From positions 1 through 62,284 of IMG/VR virus record IMGVR_UViG_2919730853_000001: 62,284 nucleotides of DNA. One strand, written 5' to 3'. Positions 57,404 to 62,284 of the stretch are shown one piece after another. The notes under the pieces were generated by a model that saw only the letters and a list, made by a program, of their open reading frames with translations, was not told where the DNA came from and did no database searches. Made by a program: the position numbers and the translations under genes. Source of the stretch: a virus. Within the stretch, counting starts at the first letter, position 1; every line of letters begins with the position of its first letter.

Positions 57404-57886
57404 ATGAGTGAACAATTATCATTATTCGGATTCGATGAAGTAGTAGAAGAGGTTGTAGAAGTTGTGGAAGTTGCCCCTGTAGTAGAGGAAGTTGTACCAG
57501 CTAAACCGGCTAAAAAGAAAGCTGTTAAAAAAGCACCAGCTAAAAAGAAAGCCCCTGCTAAAAAGGTAGCTTCTAAAAAGTCAGAACTTATAAAATCTCG
57601 TACTGCTAAAATGTCAAAACGTGGTATCTATATTCAAGATAAAGCTTTACTTGAAACTAGTTTCCAAGTTGGTACATACTTTGAAGTTAATATTGATACT
57701 AATATTGTCACTGTTTCTAGTACTAAAACTAAAGGTAAAAATACAGTTTCAAAACGTGCTATGAAATCATTCGTAAAGCCTGTTATTGATATTCGTCAAA
57801 AGGATGCATTAGCAACGTTTGAAGGATGTTCTGAATTAACTATCAATATCTATTCAGATAAAATTGAAATCGTGGGGGTTAAATAA
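57404..57886 (+). CDS. Early protein with an N-terminal QLSLF clamp-binding-type motif, an acidic V/E tract and a Lys/Ala-rich histone-H1-like tract
   Basis: MSEQLSLFGFDE..VVEEVVEVVEV..PAKPAKKKAVKKAPAKKKAPAKKVASKK, followed by a C-terminal domain of about 90 aa. Confidence 0.6.
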   Translation: MSEQLSLFGFDEVVEEVVEVVEVAPVVEEVVPAKPAKKKAVKKAPAKKKAPAKKVASKKSELIKSRTAKMSKRGIYIQDKALLETSFQVGTYFEVNIDTNIVTVSSTKTKGKNTVSKRAMKSFVKPVIDIRQKDALATFEGCSELTINIYSDKIEIVGVK

Positions 57887-57888
57887 TC

Positions 57889-58134
57889 ATGGATTTATTA
57901 AATAAGGAATTAGTAGCAAATGTTTTATACGCCCAATATGCAAGCGAAAATCATATGTATTGGGTGTTATCCAAGCAGTATATAAAGACATATGAAAAGG
58001 GGGATTATGCGGAGGCTTTAAGCATTAAAAAAGAAATTGATGCTGTGTATGCAAAGATACAGGCTATCAATGAAAGCAGGGTTCACCTTGGCATTAGTGA
58101 CCATTTATGGGATACGGTCAGTTTGAACTTCTAA
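57889..58134 (+). CDS. Hypothetical early protein (81 aa)
   Basis: ORF close-coupled to the upstream gene. Confidence 0.55.
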   Translation: MDLLNKELVANVLYAQYASENHMYWVLSKQYIKTYEKGDYAEALSIKKEIDAVYAKIQAINESRVHLGISDHLWDTVSLNF

Positions 58135-58166
58135 AAAAAGTTTTTAAAAAAAGTTTCAAAAATGTG

Positions 58167-58195
58167 TAGACATTTGAAAGTTTATAGTGTAAAGT
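58167..58195 (+). promoter_or_regulatory. Early promoter TAGACA-N17-TAAAGT, GTAAGG at 58207
   Basis: Read directly. Confidence 0.5.
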
Positions 58196-58255
58196 AATAA
58201 GTGTCGGTAAGGCGACAACAAATTAAATTAAATTAACTAAAAGGTGGAAATTAAA

Positions 58256-58741
58256 ATGACAAACGTATTAGAACTAAACTACTTAAATCTTGGAAATATG
58301 GACTTCGCAACATTAACTCTTCCGGCTTCAAATGAAGAAATCAATGAGTTCTTTGAAAAGCTTAATCCAATGGACACAGACGTTGAATTACAATGGGTTG
58401 AATCAGATTTTGAATCTAACTTGAATAACCTTTCATTATCACAATTAAAAATCATTGCAGACCTAGATAATGCTGAAGACTTTGATGCAGTATTCTCAGC
58501 GTGTGACGTGTTCAGTGAAGCAATTGAACATCTTGAAAATGGTACATATACAATCTTTGAAAATGTTGAAAATGATTATGACCTTGGGTGGGAACTTGCA
58601 GAACGAAACAACATTGTAGACCCTAACGACGATAGCATTTTAGCTAGATACTTCGACTATGAAAAGTATGGTCAAGATTGTCGCTTTGAAGGTGGTTTTC
58701 ACTGGATTAACTTTAACACAGTGGTAGAACTTCACAGATAA
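58256..58741 (+). CDS. ardA: ArdA-like anti-restriction protein (acidic DNA mimic)
   Basis: Highly acidic, 161 aa. The C-terminal YFDYEKYGQDCRFEGGFHWI resembles the ArdA motif Y.DY..YGRD....G.F. Confidence 0.55.
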   Translation: MTNVLELNYLNLGNMDFATLTLPASNEEINEFFEKLNPMDTDVELQWVESDFESNLNNLSLSQLKIIADLDNAEDFDAVFSACDVFSEAIEHLENGTYTIFENVENDYDLGWELAERNNIVDPNDDSILARYFDYEKYGQDCRFEGGFHWINFNTVVELHR

Positions 58742-58768
58742 AAACAAAGGGGTATTTTTTACCCCTTT

Positions 58769-58791
58769 GTTAGTACTAATACTAGTATTAA
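58769..58791. repeat. 23-nt double-palindrome GTTAGTACTAATACTAGTATTAA (copy 2)
   Basis: Identical to 51847..51869. Both copies are followed by AAATTAAATTCAAAAT and a TTGACT promoter. Confidence 0.8.
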
Positions 58792-58823
58792 GTTTAACTT
58801 TAAAATTAAATTCAAAATAAGTG

Positions 58824-58853
58824 TTGACTTTCAAAAGTGTACAGTGTTATGAT
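58824..58853 (+). promoter_or_regulatory. Early promoter TTGACT-N18-(TGn)TATGAT, GTAAGG at 58861
   Basis: Read directly. Confidence 0.55.
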
Positions 58854-58907
58854 AATTCTCGTAAGGAACAAACAAACAAATTAAATTGACAAAAGGTGGA
58901 AATCAAA

Positions 58908-59951
58908 ATGAACTCAATTACTTCTAAAAAACATTATCTAACTAACTCAATGACAGGCTTTAAAAATATCCTAGGTTCTAAAATTACTAGTGTTGTTAAC
59001 TACTGCAATGAACCTGAAATCTTATATATCAATATGTATATGAATCCTACGGTAGACCCATACACAAGCGTAGACAAAGTGGAAACAACTGTTATCTATA
59101 ACATGGCTACTGATTCTTTCAAAGTGAAGGTAACAGGAAAGGGTTCTCGTAAATATGGAAAAGCTGTAAAAGAAGACGCAACTATGATTATCAAACATCT
59201 AGTAAAAGAAGCTAACGACTTCTATAAAGGTGATGTTGCCGATGCGGTTTTCATGACTCAAATCTATGCACACGACGCTTTAAAAGAAGCTGGTTACAAC
59301 GTGGCAGTACTTAATGAAATCAATTGCAACATTTCTCATAATGAACTATCTGTAGAGGTTATTGTACCTATGGTAGAAGACTTAGTGGCAAAGAAAAATT
59401 ATCCAAGTATGTCAAGTGTGAAAAATAAAGATCATCGTCGCGGGACGAAAAAATTCTTCATGGCTACAGGGGTTAGTCCAATGGATAGCGACGACTTTTC
59501 TTGGGCTGAAAAAGGATGGATTTATGAAGGATATGAAACAACTAAGGAAGGTGTTTACAGTCTTGAAAATCCACTTGAAAGATTTTCATATGAAGAGTTT
59601 TTTAGAAGTGACCAGGTGAAAGAAATTAGTGAAGAGTTATACAACCATATTTACAAAATGAATTGTAAAGAGGAAGGATGGGGCGACGAAGAGACGGAGG
59701 AACTAGAAGAGATAATGAAAGAGGTTTTCAAAGAGGAAAACAAGCCCGTTAAAAAGACTCTAATTATTCCTGACATCGTAGCAAATCCAAGTTCTTACAT
59801 AAGCGATTGGCAACTTAAAACAGATAAGCTGTTAGAACCCATGAGAGGCTTAAAATACTATAGCTTTGATAGTTCAGGCTATAGAATCTATTTTGCCACT
59901 CAGAAGGCTTATGAGAAGCTTACAGACATGTACACAGTAGTGAAAGCATAA
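58908..59951 (+). CDS. Hypothetical early protein (347 aa)
   Basis: RBS AAAGGTGGAAA precedes the ATG at 58908. Confidence 0.6.
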   Translation: MNSITSKKHYLTNSMTGFKNILGSKITSVVNYCNEPEILYINMYMNPTVDPYTSVDKVETTVIYNMATDSFKVKVTGKGSRKYGKAVKEDATMIIKHLVKEANDFYKGDVADAVFMTQIYAHDALKEAGYNVAVLNEINCNISHNELSVEVIVPMVEDLVAKKNYPSMSSVKNKDHRRGTKKFFMATGVSPMDSDDFSWAEKGWIYEGYETTKEGVYSLENPLERFSYEEFFRSDQVKEISEELYNHIYKMNCKEEGWGDEETEELEEIMKEVFKEENKPVKKTLIIPDIVANPSSYISDWQLKTDKLLEPMRGLKYYSFDSSGYRIYFATQKAYEKLTDMYTVVKA

Positions 59952-60025
59952 GACAGTTATTCCACCTTTACAGACGGGGGTTTTTACCCCCTACCAAAAG
60001 AAAATAAAAAACTTTCAAAAATGTG

Positions 60026-60055
60026 TAGACAAGTGAAAGTATATCATGTTATATT
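60026..60055 (+). promoter_or_regulatory. Early promoter TAGACA-N18-(TGn)TATATT, GTAAGG at 60065
   Basis: Read directly. Confidence 0.5.
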
Positions 60056-60107
60056 TAAGAAGTCGTAAGGGACAAATCAAATTAACTGTAAAAAGGTGGA
60101 AAACATT

Positions 60108-60590
60108 ATGTCAAACTTATCAATCTTCAAAAACGAAACAATCAAAGCAGAAATCAATGGTCATGTAGTAGTAGGAAAGGTTTACGATTATAACGACCGT
60201 TACCTTCACATCGAAACTGAAAATGATTTTTATGTTATCGATGCTAGACAATCATTTGAAGTTATCAAGCCTGAAGTAAAAGGTATGACAGACCAAGAGT
60301 TTGCAGAAATGCAAATCGAAGCTTTCTTGGAAGAGAAAGGATATACTTGGGACTCTTACAGTGGTATGGGCGAGGTTGTCTATCACATTGAGGGCATTAC
60401 ATACAGCGTTATGTTGACTGTCTACGAGGATGGAGAATACCACATCGAAACTACTCACATTGAACGTGCTAGACGTGAAGAGGAAAAGCCATCTTGGGAA
60501 CAAGACCATAGTAAAGCGTGGGCTAACTCAGTAACACGTAAAACTATCCGTGGTGCTTTAAACTACACGCTGAAATACTTAGTAGCATAA
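60108..60590 (+). CDS. Hypothetical early protein (160 aa)
   Basis: RBS AAAGGTGGAAA precedes the ATG at 60108. Confidence 0.6.
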   Translation: MSNLSIFKNETIKAEINGHVVVGKVYDYNDRYLHIETENDFYVIDARQSFEVIKPEVKGMTDQEFAEMQIEAFLEEKGYTWDSYSGMGEVVYHIEGITYSVMLTVYEDGEYHIETTHIERARREEEKPSWEQDHSKAWANSVTRKTIRGALNYTLKYLVA

Positions 60591-60656
60591 GAGGGGGCTT
60601 TTCCCCTCACTTACATAAATAACCAAAACAAACTAATAAAAGGACGGTAACAAAAA

Positions 60657-60899
60657 ATGACAAATTACAATATTCATCCAATGTACAGATTCTTCGATTG
60701 CTATTTTAAATCACTAAAGGATATTGACCCAATTGAATTACAAGAGTGGTCACACAAGGAAACGCCACAACTACGATTCATCATTGTAGAAGAGGACGTT
60801 TATGATAATAACGTTGCGTTGTACCCTGAAACTATCGATTATGTTGCAAATGATATGACAGAGGCTAGAAGAGTGTTAAAAGAAGAATATAGCGAATAA
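60657..60899 (+). CDS. Hypothetical early protein (80 aa)
   Basis: ORF with RBS AAGGACGG. Confidence 0.55.
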   Translation: MTNYNIHPMYRFFDCYFKSLKDIDPIELQEWSHKETPQLRFIIVEEDVYDNNVALYPETIDYVANDMTEARRVLKEEYSE

Positions 60900-60922
60900 G
60901 AGGGCGAAAGCCTTCTTTTTTT
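60898..60922 (+). terminator. Rho-independent terminator
   Basis: Stem AAGAGGGC/GCCTTCTT followed by a T-run. Confidence 0.7.
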
Positions 60923-61253
60923 GTGTTCTCCAATAGTACATGCGTATGTGATTATAGTTTTGACGCTTCAGAATGCCTCAAATCACACGTGTATGTGTCT
61001 TTGAATACCAAAGTATAGGCACAAGGTAAAAGACCTTTAAAAAGGGACTATAAGCGTCTCACGTATATAGAGGGTGTTAATCACATAATTTGTTACTTTG
61101 CTGAACCCTTGGGAGAGTAAGGACGAAAAATTTGTGCATATTTTAGCCTGTAAAATGTATTAGTCCCATGTACTAGTAATAGAGAAAGAATAACGGTGAA
61201 TCTAACTAAACTAATACTTATCTATCTGTGTACTACACTATAAACAAATGGAC

Positions 61254-61283
61254 TTGCTAGACATTGCTATATTTTGCTATACT
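61254..61283 (+). promoter_or_regulatory. Sigma-A-like promoter TTGCTA-N18-(TGn)TATACT
   Basis: Read directly. Lies upstream of 61326. Confidence 0.5.
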
Positions 61284-61325
61284 CTACTAGAAATCAAATT
61301 AATTAATTTAAGAGGTGGTTAGAGT

Positions 61326-61544
61326 ATGGCACAAGCCAATTATACTAACATTAGTGTTAGGTTATCAGAAGAGGAAACAAAAGCATTAGAAGCAGTACAC
61401 CGTTATGAAAATAGAGGTATGGGAAAGGTATCTAAAGCACAAGTTATTAGATATTCATTCCTAGAGTACATCAAACAAAATCCTGCTTATAAAGACCTTA
61501 TAAAAGGGATTAACTTGGACGTAGTAGCAGAAGAGGAAGAATAA
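61326..61544 (+). CDS. Ribbon-helix-helix (CopG/Arc-like) small DNA-binding protein
   Basis: TNISVRLSEEETKALEAVHRYE fits a strand-helix pattern. Acidic C-terminus. RBS AGAGGTGG. Confidence 0.5.
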   Translation: MAQANYTNISVRLSEEETKALEAVHRYENRGMGKVSKAQVIRYSFLEYIKQNPAYKDLIKGINLDVVAEEEE

Positions 61545-61562
61545 TAGAATAGAGTTATACAT

Positions 61563-61598
61563 AGTGCCTTATCCGTTATTGGATAGGGTACTTTTTTT
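61563..61598 (+). terminator. Rho-independent terminator
   Basis: Stem AGTGCCTTATCC/GGATAGGGTACT followed by a T7 run. Confidence 0.7.
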
Positions 61599-62099
61599 AT
61601 GTACTTTTTTACTGATCTTTTATCGATGAAATGAAAACTTGACAGGAATCAAAATCTGTGTATATAGGTAGCAGCAAACACATATTTGACAAGATTAAGA
61701 AAGTGTGATATGAAGAGGGATTTTTTATGTACATTTGACAGAATGGAAAAAGTGTGCTTACACCTTGCAGCAATTACATTAATTAGGAGAAAAAGAGGTA
61801 ACTTGACAAAGGGATTTTTTTATGTATAGAGGTCTGATTTTAAGGAACTTGACAAGCTAGTTTTTTTATGTATTCAAGGTGAAAAAACAGTGATTTGACA
61901 AGATGGTTTTTTTATGTATTAGGTCAGAAAAAAGGGGTGTTTGACAAGTCACTTTTTTTATGGTATGCACAAGTGAATTTTTTTAAACAGTTATATAGAA
62001 GAAACTAGGAAAAAGGACTTTTTTTAATTAGGTTTTTTTGTGCAAATATCGCTTCCTTGCCTTTTTTACAGACCGCCTCCAAGAACTTTTTTTATGCAC
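61592..62099 (+). repeat. Array of promoter-like units: seven TTGACA boxes and about nine T7-ATG(T/C)A boxes
   Basis: TTGACA at 61639, 61686, 61735, 61803, 61849, 61895 and 61941. The last four units have a 46-nt period with invariant TTGACA-N6-TTTTTTT-ATG. Confidence 0.75.
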
Positions 62100-62284
62100 A
62101 ATTACAGGGCTTTAAATAACCCACCTATGCAATACCCCTCCCTATATAGAACGCCCCTATATGACCCCATATAACGCCCCTATGCAGTACCCCCATATAA
62201 TACCCCCTATATAGCACCCCCTATATGTACCCCTACCTATATACCAGTAGTAGTAGTGGTAGTAGTACCCATACCAGTACACCA
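62100..62284 (+). repeat. CCCC(C)TATAT-type 13-nt periodic repeats (C/A-rich region, left part)
   Basis: At least eight units between 62134 and 62245. Continues into 1..330. Confidence 0.7.
62190..62284. repeat. Terminal direct repeat, copy B (identical to 1..95)
   Basis: Direct comparison. Confidence 0.9.

Noticed and set aside
61592-62284. Possibility that the periodic repeats are a CRISPR array
   Set aside because: The units of 46 nt or less are degenerate, and the variable parts are only about 20 nt and not spacer-like. The 13-nt CCCCTATAT units are far too short. No cas genes are present.

Overview
This window looks like one complete tailed-phage genome of about 62.2 kb. Nucleotides 1..95 are identical to 62190..62284, so the unique length is 62189 bp. 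The tail is siphovirus-type: it has a tape measure, a major tail protein and G/GT chaperones, and no sheath. The host is probably a Bacillus-like Firmicute, judged from the PghP-type poly-gamma-glutamate hydrolase, the SleB-like and BhlA-like proteins, and sigma-A-type promoters. Nearly all genes are on the + strand; only three are on the - strand. Layout: small early/moron genes, a GIY-YIG nuclease and a C5 methyltransferase (0.6-4.7 kb); packaging, head, tail and lysis (4.8-29.5 kb); replication (29.9-41.9 kb); nucleotide salvage and regulators (42-49.8 kb); an accessory and plasmid-maintenance-like island (49.9-55.7 kb); short early-gene cassettes (55.9-61.5 kb); then a promoter-like repeat array running into a C/A-rich microrepeat region that spans the window junction. 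The observations I rate highest are: (1) a 264-nt group I-like intron splitting terL inside its Walker B motif; (2) an invariant bipartite motif, TGTCYY-N16-GCAAGT, before about 11 replication and nucleotide-metabolism operons, together with two sigma-like genes; (3) ParA, an RHH protein, a resolvase and an orphan DGQHR/DndB-like gene with no integrase, which suggests a phage-plasmid lifestyle; (4) an early protein that starts with an exact QLSLF beta-clamp-binding motif; (5) the TTGACA-N6-T7-ATGTAT array and the CCCCTATAT repeats at the genome junction. All functional calls come from reading motifs by eye. No database search was run.
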